From Folioceros fuciformis (Eukaryota): a stretch of DNA of 64,000 nucleotides. Position numbers and translations under genes: made by a program. This document shows, piece after piece, positions 11,801 to 25,485 of the stretch. The stretch is taken from NCBI GenBank assembly GCA_049999805.1, contig JBNGIO010006371.1, forward strand, positions 323,260 through 387,259, read 5' to 3'. Position 1 is the first letter of the stretch, and every line of letters starts with the position of its first letter. The notes under the pieces were generated by a model. That model saw only the letters and a list, made by a program, of their open reading frames with translations, was not told where the DNA came from and ran no database searches.

Positions 11801-12844
11801 CTCACCTTTGAGATTAGTTCGAGGATTGCAACAAAAGAGGTTGATTCCCCTAACACCAGTTCGTTAGCAACTTGCCATCCTTCTTGTCACTCGCCCCCAT
11901 ACGAATCATGTCGCCCACATCAAAAAATCCTCACGGGCTTGATACTTGTTGGTCGCTGCTTATGATTCAAAAAGGGTCAAGCCAGAAATGACCAAAATGA
12001 TTTCACAGCTCAACGATCTGACTTCCCTTCCAGCATATCTCTTCCATTCCACTTCCCATCCGCCACTCATCTCAACTTTCTACAAAGTGTGAGTTGCCAG
12101 GCTTAGTGATGCAAAAGAACAAACATATTTATCATAAGACGGACTATCCTACACCGCCATGGGACTTCTCCCAGCAGCAATTTGTTCCATGGAGTGAACT
12201 AGCATAATGAGAAGCAGGTCTCCTCCGGGTTCCTTTTCTCGTCTCTTTCTTGTAAGGAAGCCCGGGGCTGTTTTGAAAGAGCTACGAAACGCGGCTGTGA
12301 AAATATCGCCGACAGGTGGAGGCCAGAGGAAAGCGGGCATCATAAACGAGAAACGGAATATAAAAAGAAGGAAGAAAAACCGTCTGAGGAGAATCCAGAA
12401 GTCTTAAAGAGAACGCATTTGTAGCTGAGTTACCCCGAAGAATGACCCGCCGGCCATGGAGGTGAGATCCCTGTGGTCTCATAAAGTCGCGTTAAGCGGC
12501 AGCGTGAGGACCACAGGTCAACCATATTTTACAGTCAATCCCTTGGTGGGAGCCGGCGGGTCGCTATGGCCGCGTCCCTATTTAGTAGCAGGACGCCCTG
12601 AACACGGCATAAGAGCGGTTCCCAGCCACTTCACTCCTCAGACCTGGCTACGTCTCGCATCTCGCTTCAAATTCTCATGCTTCCCCGCCTCGCTTGCATA
12701 CCATCTGACCACTCTAGCAACTGCGCTGGGGGCCCGGAATTCCGAGACTCAAGCGTCTCTTCTTTGGGATTCCGGTAGCACCGGACCTGCTCCTTGCGTG
12801 CTGGGCACTACGATTCGGAGTGGAACTTGACGTTTGCGGGCATC

Positions 12845-14148
<1,304 letters not shown>

Positions 14149-17100
14149 AGGGCGGTCACTGGTAGTCGCCTGTCTAACCCGTAATTGTTTCCCACGCGAT
14201 GGCGATGTTCATGCTGATCATCGTTGTATTTCCGTACGTCGTCCTCCATTGACAAATGGACCTAAACAACGACTTCACTGCACCAGTTTAATGACGTCAT
14301 CAGAAACCTCGTCCAAGCGATAGGTTCATCGTAAGAGGAGTCCTTCTGGAAGGGCCATGCTGGAGGGCCCAATGCTCCAAGGACCATTCTCGAAGGTTCA
14401 TGGTAAGACATGAAGTCGATATATGAGGATGCATTTTTAAAGGCAAGCGTGATAATATTAAGATGAGGGGAAACAAGAATAGCTTTATAATAGGAGCAAA
14501 GAGGAAAAATAGATGAATCATTATTCATCTTCTTCGTACACCAACCACTTCTATACTATAGTCGTCTTCATCAAGATATATCCTAAACCCTAAACCTGTC
14601 GATTAATTTGTGCCATTTATATGCTGCACCAAAATTCTTCCTACAATCAAGTTTCAATATTTTGTCATCCTCTCCTACAAACAAAGAAAATGATGCAGAT
14701 GCTATACCTCTATCATCGTCTTTGAATAGGCTTTGAAACATAAGTCTTTAGTTTTAATGTCGCTTAGAAAGCTTTCTTGCTGAATTTGAAGGGAAAGAAT
14801 GAGAGGAATAGTAGATTCTAAAATGAATTATACCATTAGTGACCACCATGGTGTTGGGGATTATGGTAAATGGTAAGTCCCATAAACCTCAATATGATGC
14901 CGATCTTATAATCTATCATAGAGTCTACTATTCCTATCAAAATGTGTGACCATAATAATTTCACTTGCAACTATAGTAGGTGGTAGTAATGGCATATATA
15001 TTAATTATAGAATATTATGTTACTATGTACAAGGGATAGAGAGATATTATCTAACATGTTTATAGAAGCAAAGTAAACATACTCTGTAGATATAGGGCAA
15101 CCATAAGCTATATATAGAGACTAGGGTCATTTTGAACTAAACAAACAAGAAGAATTTATTATTGACTATTCATCTGACAAGAACTCAACTTGAATTTCTA
15201 GGCAAGATTGTGGTAGTCATCTTGTCTAGGTCTTGTTTGAGTCATGAAGATATCATGTTTATGTAATTGCTCATAGCTAAGTTGTTGAGGATTAGTTAAG
15301 GAAGGTTTATAAAGGTCTTGTTTGAGTCATGTGGATATCATGTCACTATTTTTTCTTAGACATGCATATTTATAGCCCTTAGTCTTTGATTAGATGTTGA
15401 TTTATAGGAGAGTCTAAGAAGGACTAAGGGCTCTCTATATCTTGTGCTTGTCTAGGTATGAGGATGCCTCAAGTTTAGGTTTAGATGGCCCTTTACTTTT
15501 GCTACAAAGAGCTATCTAACAAGCCCTTTTTTATTCTTGCAGATTGAGATCGTCAATACGTAAACATAATAACACCGTCCAGTGAGTGAGGTGGGTGTCG
15601 TGGTTAATGAATTATTTTATTCCTACGAACAAGAAAGTAGAAAATATAATATAATTAAATTGTGCTATCAGAAATGGCTACATCATCAAAACTAAAGAAA
15701 TATATTTTCTTATTGAATAAGGTTTCTTAGAACTAGAGACAAACTTCACTTCTTAGAGATATGGGTTGTTTTTATATTAAAATCTAAAAAGGTTGTATTT
15801 GGATTTTTTTTTTCAATTTTAAGACCATCAATGATTGCATAACTAGATTTCACTTGTCTATCCTATTGTTTGCGTGAGGAGAAGTGGAATTGTTAATAGG
15901 GCAGTTAGTAATTTAGTATGTTGTAATTTTGTATGTTCAACCTTTAACCATTAGAGGTACAGGTTTGTTGGTGTTTTTTGATGTTGTTTTGATAGTCCTA
16001 CATGTTAGTAGGAAAATAAATCCTAAGTTTAATAGGATGTTAAGCATCAAGTGCTAGTTGGTGTCAGTTAAGTTTTCTGCAAATAACAAACATATATGAC
16101 AAGTAGGTTAGGAAATGAAGAGTTATTACGAACTTAGAGAAATCGAGAAAAGATTATGGACATGTGTGACCCTGCATAGTAGTAGTAGGAGACGGGTAGC
16201 ACACATATGTGGACAATACAGCTCATGGCAAGCGTAATTACAAAATGGACTCTTAGCTTGCACCCGCTCTCACACTCTAAAGGGTTGTTTTGCCTATGTC
16301 GACTCTTGTTGAGATAGTTTTGTGAAGTCATGAGAATTTGTTAGGAGAAGAAGTAATGCTCTTTCTCGAGGGACTAGTCCTTTATATACTTGGTGGATCA
16401 AAGGCTAAGAAGAACTCATAGTCAAATTTCTTGGTGTGTAGCAAGGAGAACTCATCGGGCTTTGGTGTTTTGGAAGCAGCCAACATTCTATATAAGATGG
16501 ACAGGGCTACCAAAGCGACTTGAGCAAGGCAAATGACAAGACTCGCAGGAGAAGTGGGGAAACTCACTTTTGATAGGGATGAATGTCATGCAATGTTGAC
16601 GAGGTAGGGTTAATGAACCCGCCACATGGCAGAGGTGCTTGCCAAGTAAGGCTGAGCATTCAAGGCAGCGCCAAAGAACCAATGACGCCAAAAGGTGACG
16701 CATGGAAATTGTGGAGCCTTGCGGCAGCCATTAAGAAGGGCCGCACAGGCAATACAAAGCATAGACGCGAATACAAGGTTGAATTGACTAATGTTTGCTA
16801 GAAGAGGTGGTCAGATGGATCCTCAGAGTTGACTAAGTAACATTGTGTAGATACTACGCGGATCAAAAGAATAAAGGCTTAAGACCCTATAGATGTATGT
16901 GCTGCTGTCTATCGTCGTTGGCATGTGAGAGGTAGTTGTAGAACTATTGAGTGTGAATGCGATGGACACAACCGTGCCAAGACAAGCACGACAGCTCTGA
17001 TCCGTTTATAGGTTCATAGCAGATTGAGCAACACATGGGACTGAAGGCAAAAATGTATATCTTATGAAAAATGGTAGGGAGAACAAGAAGCATGTCCTAG

Positions 17101-17254
17101 CTTCATGAAACGGTTACAATAACTAACCATGAAACAGTTACAATAACTAACTAACTCTCGTCTAGGGTTATAAAAAGTGCCCTATGTATATGTACTATAT
17201 ATTATAATTAAATACAATGTATTATATATTATAAATAAATACTCAACAAATAGG

Positions 17255-17632
17255 AAAGTGTAGAAGGTAGTGATGTTGTTGCTGGTGCTGAAGTAAGTGA
17301 GGGAAGTTGCAGGCCTAAGAAGTTAGGTGTAGAAGGTAGTGATGTTGTTGCTGGTGCTGAAGTTGGTGCTGAAGTAAGTGAGGGAAGTTGCAGGCCTAAG
17401 AAGTTAGGGTAAACCTTAAACTGACCCTTCATCGATAACAGTCTAAACCGACCCTCCATGGATAACAGTCTAAACTGACCCTCCATCTAGCAGTGAAGAA
17501 CCCCATGACCCTCCAAACCGACCCTCCATCTAGCAGTGAAGAACCCCATGACCCTCCATCGATAACAGTCTAAACCGACCCTCCATGGACAACAGTCTAA
17601 ACCGACCCTCCATCTAGCAGTGAAGAACCCCA
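17255..17632. repeat. Cluster of short direct/tandem repeats, probably transposon-associated
   Basis: Duplicated gtgtagaaggtagtgatgttgttgctggtgctgaag...aggcctaagaagttagg, followed by repeated taaaccgaccctccat(g/c)gataacagtc and ctagcagtgaagaacccca modules. Confidence 0.75.
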
Positions 17633-18924
17633 TCGCTTCTTCGTGGAAACGAAACCCAAGCTTGATTCTTTTGAACAGTTGCCTATGGTTTTGCCACCAC
17701 ATCTTCCAAAGTGAGATGCTTGGAAATCTTCACTATTTTGTCAAGTTCTAGCTCCAAGTCTTCTATGGCATCTAGATCTGCATACGTGCTTTCTAGTGCT
17801 CTGCCTATCTACCCCCCACCAAGGCTTCATCGTCGGATACAGTGTCCACTTCCTCCTCGAATATATGGAAACACCTTCGGTTGGGTCTGGAAGTCACATC
17901 TATTCTAAGTCTTCGGTAAGCCTAGGTGGACTATGTTTCTTCAGCTCGTGAGTCGGTGCTTGAAGGGGAAGTGTCCCGCATGGGACCCTTGTTCTAAGGA
18001 GACGAAGGGAGTCCGGCATGTAGAACCCTTAGGTCTGTCTGACCTTGAAAGTCACACCGTGCTTCCCAAAGTCGAACAAACACGAAGTGCCGTACAACAA
18101 GGTCTCCCTAACAAGACCAGTACCTCATGCCTGCCACCGGTTTCATTACGAGGTAGTCCAATTTGAATGCTTGTGGTAACTCATTGGAGAAAAACAATGG
18201 ACGTTTACTCGTCTGCTACTCAACTGGTCCACCATTCGTAGGAAGATACGCACCGGCTCGAAGGTGGAAAGGCCCCATTGTGTCACGTCTTCCTCCATGG
18301 TCAGGTTGACACACGATCCGGTATACAAGGGTACGCGCAACACGACACATCGGGTATTGTCTACATCAATCTCGAATGACGTAAGTCTACCACCCACACA
18401 ACATGTACATCAACAACCTATTGCTGCGTCGTGTTGGTTGCCTCCGATTGCGCCTCTCAAATTGCTTCTCGGACCATCTTATGTGAGCGAGGGCGGCTGC
18501 CGTAAGCTCACGATGAGGCGTTTGTTGAGGAGGTCAGAGGTTTGTTGGGCTCCCTGAGTGGCCAATGCCCCTTGAATCTTCGTGGGGGGGTGGTGCCGCC
18601 TCATGAGGCCCGCCTTTGATGGCGTTATCGTGAAAGGCCCCGGTGACCCCGACTGACGTCAGACCTTCAGAGTTTCTACTCCAAGATGTCCACCACTTCT
18701 TTGCTGATGTCTGGTGGGAAAACAATTAGGGGACGCGTCGAGCGGTGCAGTTTTTCAGACCGTACTAGAAGGGGGTGGGCGATGCTCCTGCGGAGTGCCT
18801 TTGTCCCTTCCCTCCCATCACTCGTCTACGACTTTGGTGCGAGTTTCCACTCGTCCCACCATAGCTTCTTTGGAGTCGCTTCTCTCCCATCACTTGTCGG
18901 TTGTGGTAAGTACAACAGCCTCCT

Positions 18925-21900
18925 TCAAGAGCCAAAAGTCCGCATGTGCAGCTGCTTACTGCACAGACGCGTCTTGACCACGTCCGCAACCAAAAACCCA
19001 TGCACTATTCCGCTCATGTCGGTCCACCAGCTCTGGCCTGGCTGCTTCCATGCCCTGATTCTTTTCCTTCTCCTCTGCGTCTCCTGGGCCAGTTCCCACA
19101 TCTGAGCACTGCTATATATGTTTGACATGGACGCATATGCTGCGGCGTTCGTCTGGTCTAGCTTTATTGCTTCCTGAAAGGCGTGGGATCCAACCTCCAC
19201 ATTGTTCCACTTTTGACAAGCACCCAATAGTGTGTGCCACACTGCAGCACCTGGAAGTCCGGGCATTTTTGCTATTAAAGCTAGTGCTTCGTCCAAGTGT
19301 CCTGCACGACCCAGAAGATCCACCATGCATGTGTAGTGGTCCGCTGTGAGAATAACACAACTGCTTCTGCTTATGGCCTCGAAGTACTCTCGTCCCTTGT
19401 CCACGAGACCCGTATGGCTGCATACTGTAAGTACACTCAGGAAGGTGATGTCGTCTGGTTGCTTGCCATCCTCTCTCATTCTGAGAACCAAGTCGAATAC
19501 CTGGTCGCTGTCTCCTTGACGAGTGTATCCAACAATCAATGCATTCCAAACAAAAACATCTCGTTTGGGCAATGCCTCAAACACCTGCTGCGCATCCACC
19601 ATGCTCCCACACTTCCCGTACATGTCTATCAAACTGGCGGCTACGAGCACATCAGCCTGAAGCCCTTGCTCCTTAATCTGTGCATGAAGCTGCCTCCCGA
19701 GGTGTAATGCAGCGACCTTTGCACAGGACTGCAGGAGACAAACAAACGTCACAGAGTCAAGTGCAGCCACTCCTTCATCTTGCATAGCCTTGTAAAGAGC
19801 AAGTGCTTCCTGCCCCAGGCCGTGCTGGGAATACCCTGCTATCATGGAACTCCAGGTCACCACACACTTTTCACCAAGCCTGTCAAACACCTCTCGGGCA
19901 TCCTCCAGGCTGCCGCACTTGATGTACATATTCATTAGACTGCTGGCTACAAAACCATCAGCTTCCAACCGTTCGTCTCTGACACGTTCATGAAGTTGCT
20001 TTCCTGTCTCCAAAGCTAGGATGCCCAAACTTGCACATGCCTGCAGAAGGCTCACAAACATCACAGAATCCGGTGCAACGACACCTTCTCTCTGCATTGC
20101 ACTGTAAAGGTTAAGTGCTTGTTCACCCATGCCCCACTGTGCATACCCTGCTAACAGAGAAGTCCACATCACCACATCCTTTTCATCAAGCCCATCAAAC
20201 ACTTTTCGAGCATCTTCCAAGCTGCCACACTTCGCATACATGTTCACTAAACTGCTGGCTACAAACACATCCACTTCATATCCTTGTTCCCTGATTTGTT
20301 GATGAAGTTGATGCCCCATCTCCAAAGCAGGCGTGCCTACACTGGCACATGCCTGCAGGAGGCTCACAAACGTTGGGGAGTCAGGTGCGGCCATACCTTT
20401 TCCTTGCATATCCCTGTAAAGACAAAGGGCTTCCTGACCCATGCCATTCCGAGAGTAACCTGCGATGAGAGACGTCCACATCACCACATCCTTTTCACCA
20501 CTGCTGTTGAACACGTTTCCAGCATCTTCCAAGCTGCCACACTTCACATACATGTTTACCAGGCTGCTGGCTACAAACACATCGGTTTCATGTCCAAGTT
20601 CCCTGATCAGTGCATGAAGCTGCTTCCCCTTCTCCAAGACCGAGTTCCCCACACTTGCACATGCCTGCAGGAGGCATACAAATGTCACCGAATCAGCAGC
20701 AAAATTGCCGTCTTCTTCCATCGTGCTGTACAGACTGAGGGCTTCCTGCCCCATCCCATGCTGGGAATATCCCGCAATCATGGCGTTCCACGTAATCACA
20801 GATTTCTGACCAAGTCTATCGAACACTTCCCGAGCATGCCGTAGGCTGCCACACTTTGCGTACATATTCACCAGACTGCCAGCTACTACCACATCGGAGA
20901 GCAATCCTTGTTCCCTAATTTGTGCATGAAGCTGTTTTCCCTTCGCCAAAGCTGGGAACCCTAGACCTGCACATGCCTGCAGCAGGCAAACAAAGGTCAC
21001 AGAATCGGGTGCAACAAAGCCTTCCTCTTGCATAGCACGGTAGAGATGAAGGGCTTCGTACCCCACGCCTTGCTGGGAATATCCTGCTATAATGACACTC
21101 CAAGTCACCACATCTTTACGAGGAAGACTGTCAAACACTCTTCGAGAATCTTCCAAGCTGCCACATTTTGCATACATGTCCACCAAGCAACTGCTGACGA
21201 ACAAATCAGGCTCAATGCCAGAAGCCAACACATCACCGTGCACCTGTTTCCCAGATTTCAAGTCTCCTCCCCTCGCACAGGCCTGTAGGGCTGCTACAAA
21301 GACGTGACCATTTGGTTTCACACTTGTCCTGCGCATCGAATGGTACAGTTGTATGGCTTCAGCATACTGTCGGTGTTTCACATGTGCACCAATCACAGCA
21401 CACCATGTAAAGACATCCGGTTCAGAAACCATATCGAACACATCCATAGCTTCTCCCAACCTAGCATGAGAAACGTACATCCGCAGAATGTGGTTGCCCA
21501 AGAACGTGTCCGACCCATACCCCTCCTTCACAATCAAAGCGTGAGTACAACGAGCCAGAGGCAGATCCTTCTTGGCCACGCACTCCTTGAGAACCCTGTA
21601 AAAGAGAGATTTGGGCGAGAGACACAGTGTATGCACCAGGACTCCCAGAGCCTCAACAGCCTCCGTTAGCAGCTCCTGCTGACACAGCTTGCTGACGGTT
21701 TCAACCGTTACATTCCTTTCGTATCCTGCAAGCCTGCCATCCTCCAAGCTCCCGTCCCATCCAGGACAACCAGGAACTATTTGCACATCCAGAGAAGGCG
21801 TCTGCGCAGCAATGGTAGCAGACTTATCCAACTCCCGGGGCTGGAAACCACGAGAACCTTCTCTACAGGAAACAAAATTCGCCACAAGACCACTTGGGCG

Positions 21901-21927
21901 TGTAAAGACCCGTCTCCAGCTAGGCAT
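18925..21927 (-). CDS. PLS-class PPR protein with E1/E2 and WW-type PG box, no DYW deaminase; intronless
   Basis: 1000-aa ORF with repeated P-L-S triplets (DVVTW..MIAGYSQ / PDSVTFVCLLQACA / SSLVNMYAKCGSLEDA), then HYTCMVDLLGRAG, VWHTLLGAC and WKQPGQSWWTD. The ORF ends shortly after VHGFLVAD. Confidence 0.93.
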   Translation of the reverse strand: MPSWRRVFTRPSGLVANFVSCREGSRGFQPRELDKSATIAAQTPSLDVQIVPGCPGWDGSLEDGRLAGYERNVTVETVSKLCQQELLTEAVEALGVLVHTLCLSPKSLFYRVLKECVAKKDLPLARCTHALIVKEGYGSDTFLGNHILRMYVSHARLGEAMDVFDMVSEPDVFTWCAVIGAHVKHRQYAEAIQLYHSMRRTSVKPNGHVFVAALQACARGGDLKSGKQVHGDVLASGIEPDLFVSSCLVDMYAKCGSLEDSRRVFDSLPRKDVVTWSVIIAGYSQQGVGYEALHLYRAMQEEGFVAPDSVTFVCLLQACAGLGFPALAKGKQLHAQIREQGLLSDVVVAGSLVNMYAKCGSLRHAREVFDRLGQKSVITWNAMIAGYSQHGMGQEALSLYSTMEEDGNFAADSVTFVCLLQACASVGNSVLEKGKQLHALIRELGHETDVFVASSLVNMYVKCGSLEDAGNVFNSSGEKDVVMWTSLIAGYSRNGMGQEALCLYRDMQGKGMAAPDSPTFVSLLQACASVGTPALEMGHQLHQQIREQGYEVDVFVASSLVNMYAKCGSLEDARKVFDGLDEKDVVMWTSLLAGYAQWGMGEQALNLYSAMQREGVVAPDSVMFVSLLQACASLGILALETGKQLHERVRDERLEADGFVASSLMNMYIKCGSLEDAREVFDRLGEKCVVTWSSMIAGYSQHGLGQEALALYKAMQDEGVAALDSVTFVCLLQSCAKVAALHLGRQLHAQIKEQGLQADVLVAASLIDMYGKCGSMVDAQQVFEALPKRDVFVWNALIVGYTRQGDSDQVFDLVLRMREDGKQPDDITFLSVLTVCSHTGLVDKGREYFEAISRSSCVILTADHYTCMVDLLGRAGHLDEALALIAKMPGLPGAAVWHTLLGACQKWNNVEVGSHAFQEAIKLDQTNAAAYASMSNIYSSAQMWELAQETQRRRKRIRAWKQPGQSWWTDMSGIVHGFLVADVVKTRLCSKQLHMRTFGS

Positions 21928-22645
21928 CCTCTAAGACGAAATGACTTTCCTCCAGATTGTTGCACGATGCATCTGCGTTGCAAGGCAACAGCTGATTCCT
22001 TAGTAGCACTCCTAGAGGACATGTTATCCTCATAGACAGCCATGGTACATAGGAGCAACAGCTGCGTCTATGGATGCTTGTCTTTCTTGCACAAAGAAAG
22101 GGAATTTGCTTCCCACAAGTATGCCATACGACGAGTCCCCGTCTATCGTTCGGCAGAGTCGGAAACTCAGAGAACACTCAAATAACAGCTTTACTGCAGA
22201 AGTTGTGTATACAGATGGAAAGGAATGGAGTACGTATTTTGAAAACGGGATGGGAAAGGTTTGAAAAAGAGATGAAATTTTTTCTTAAGATGGCATAACA
22301 TAAGTGCACGAATTTAAATTTTGTTGCTTATGATATGGCTTTGAACCTATTTTATAGTCTATAATATTCAATAATTTATGCTAAGATTAGTTCAATTTGT
22401 GGTTTTTAATCATCATGGTCTTATCCTCGCCAACCACCCTTACACATAACTAGGACAAAGTAGCTAGCATTGTTTTACGTTATGCGTTAAGAAAATCAAA
22501 GATTCTAATGAATTTTGCTTTACTTTATTTTACTAGAAAATCAAAGATTCCAACAAACTTTGCTTTTCTTGTATGCTACTAGAAATTCAAACATTCCAAC
22601 AATCTTTGGAACACACCATCAATTTGCCACCACATACACCAATTA

Positions 22646-22666
22646 CCCTAAACCCTAAACCCTAAA
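22646..22666 (+). repeat. Interstitial plant telomeric motif (CCCTAAA)3
   Basis: ccctaaaccctaaaccctaaa. Confidence 0.8.
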
Positions 22667-24794
22667 GTCGTGTACTGATCCTGCTCAAAAAAAAGGAACA
22701 ATCAACCACATGCATTCTATTTCACATCACCATTGTGCACGAAAGTATGTATCCACTTGGACAACATAGAATTACAGCTTGGTCCAATGTATCTTACATT
22801 TTACACACTTTTTGTTTGCCAACTCCTGTAATCTTAGCTAAGTCTCTTCTTTTGCTTGTTGGCTGTTGATCCTTGAAGATCAGTCCCTATAAGAAAATCA
22901 AGACACACTAAAAATATCCTCTGCACAATCATCGCTAATACCCAAACTCAACTAGCGATAAACATCACTAAGATTCAATTTCGTGACAGAGATCGCTTTA
23001 ATCGAAGCGACTTCGAAATATAGGAGATGCACATAGATGCCCTCCTCCAAAAACATGACCTTAGATCAATTGTGGGTGACACATGGTTGTCACCTTTCCT
23101 CATGTCAACACCACTTGCCATATAAGATCAAGTGGAAGCTTAGATAAAGAAGAGCAAGGGAGCATGCCATGTCTTCATTTTAAGACTCGACAAGACAATA
23201 GTCCATAGTCCAACACACGCAAGGTCAGACAACTACACATGGTATCTTAAAGGTATCTCAAAACATGTTTTAGGCATAGTGTTCCTTATGTTTGGTGGAA
23301 GACAATTTTACTCACTCTACATGAAGGACATTGAGAACATGAAGCAACACATATACAACTTACATATACTTAAATTTTTGCACACTTAACAGCTCCAAAG
23401 TTTTAACAAATGACCAACTATTTTTTCTAAGACTTATAGACGATTGCCTTCTTTTCATGTTGCTATTGCTAAGCACGATGTGTTCATTAGGAGAGCAAAA
23501 AAATAAAATGGTAGGGATTGGAGGATAACAAGAAAGTAGAAGCGAACACAAGGTAGTGGGCATGTCATGCTTGTTGTTGTCCTCGTAGGCATCAAGTTTT
23601 GTTTGTCTGCTATGGCTCTCATGTCGCTATATCTCAACAATGTTGTTGTTGCCTTGCTACTACTCGAAAAGGCTGCTTGCTCATTGCCCCACATTCATGG
23701 TAGAGCTTGCTACTACTCTCCTACAAATGCTTGGAGGCAAGCCTACTAGATGACCCAGGTTTTGTGCCTTGACACCTTAGGCGATTGAAGTTTTTGTACT
23801 TAGTGTTGCTTATGCACATGTTTTATGTTTCGCAGGTTAAGAGTTAAAGATTAAACTTGAATAACATAGCACCTAATCACGTTATAGCGACGAAATCATA
23901 TTCTTTACAAAGGATATCGAGAATCAAGCTTAGAAACCAAAGAACTGCACACTATATATGTAGGTCACATGTATAAAGAAAAAACACTTTGAAATTGTCT
24001 GGTTTTGTCATATTTCAAACTTAGGTTGTCTTTGACGTCAATCTTTTTATTACGGCAATTAGGCAATAGTATGTTTGTATGTGTAGATTTGGGCAACAAC
24101 AGAAGAAAACAATGCAGCCTTTTGGGATACCATATATGGTTCGAAAATCTATTTCTACTTCTGAAATAAGGAGAATAGGTTTTACACAAGAAGTACTTAC
24201 TCCAACTAGTCCAAGACCTTTGCGCCCTTTTCTTACCCGCACATATTGGGATAATCAATATACCAAGATGAAGAGAAATTTAAAGTGGCAAACAATCTTA
24301 ACGAAATGTTTCATTTGTAGGTCAAAGAAGGAGGAAACCATAGATGAAAGTGATACAGAGTCACATATTGTGGGAGCAATAGAGTTACCTCTCCGTAGCC
24401 CAACAACCGAAGGAACTCTTAACCAAGAGTTTATAAATATATTATCTTATGGACCTTTGCCAACCATCCACGAAGACTGGGTTGGAGAAGGATACATATG
24501 CAAGAAGGGTCCTAGTTATCTTAAACACATTAGCGTTAAAAGGAAACACCAAGAACTCCATGTTAACATCAAATATACTAAACGCTTGGTGTTTTAGAGT
24601 TTAGGGTTTTATTTCTTTAGAATTAGGATGCTTAGCTATGTTTTCCGTCCTTATTGACTTACGTCATGTACTATTTTGAATCAATTATTTTAGAACAACC
24701 TCTGTGTGGTAAACATATTCGTATACATATCGGACGACGAAGACAAGAGGGTCTATAAAAGATCTCCATTTACATTATGATAAGTGTTTTGTTG

Positions 24795-24834
24795 TTGGAA
24801 ACCCTAAACCCATGTCGGGTTTAGGGTTTTCCAA
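24795..24834. repeat. Inverted repeat (hairpin) made of telomeric motifs
   Basis: ttggaaaccctaaaccc-atgtc-gggtttagggttttccaa; the arms are complementary except for one extra T. Confidence 0.8.
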
Positions 24835-25485
24835 ATTTAGGGCAATATTTGGATAGGAAGTTAGATTCATTTCAAATAATATTCTAATATCTACATGAAT
24901 CTTAAACACCTTAATTGTTAGATGAAGACAATCATGAGTGAGTTTGTTGTTCGATATCTACACGAAATATTAAGTTCTCCATTCTTAAGGTGAATACCTA
25001 GATAGAGTGTGAACGTAGTATGAAGGGCTTAGGGTTTAGGGTTTAGGATTTACACCTAGATAGGTAGGTGTAATGTGTATAGGTATTCAACTATGTTTGT
25101 TTTTTTTTGCAACAGTGAATACCTGTATACATGTTGGTTTGTTGCAATAGCAAAAAAACGGTGACGCCTTGGGGGTTGTTGGGTAGTAATGCTGGATAAG
25201 ACAAGCAAGCAGTATAAAATTGCTGCCCTCGAATCCGTCGAAGTAAAGAGTGCACAAGGTTGGCTTCAAAGCAAAGACAACCGGATCAGTGATCCAAGGT
25301 GCGGGACACAGCTTTGTCCTAGAGGTAGTGGAAAGCGACATGTGGCGCAAGGGAGAACGTCGAGGCTGCCGGGCTTAGCAAGCACGGCCGGCGCCGATAT
25401 CAGCCTTGCCCCAGGAGGAGCATTACAGCGACGTGCACCCAGAGGAAGTTGGGGCTGTATTCTGGAGGAGGCTGTAACGTTGGAC

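Noticed and set aside
17630-18880. Possible LINE ORF1 or hAT remnant
   Set aside because: Only vague, stop-riddled similarities; a class cannot be assigned without a search.
24079-24597. 172-aa ORF containing CFICRSKKEETIDE, similar to a LINE zf-RVT motif
   Set aside because: A single partial motif in AT-rich DNA; at most TE debris.
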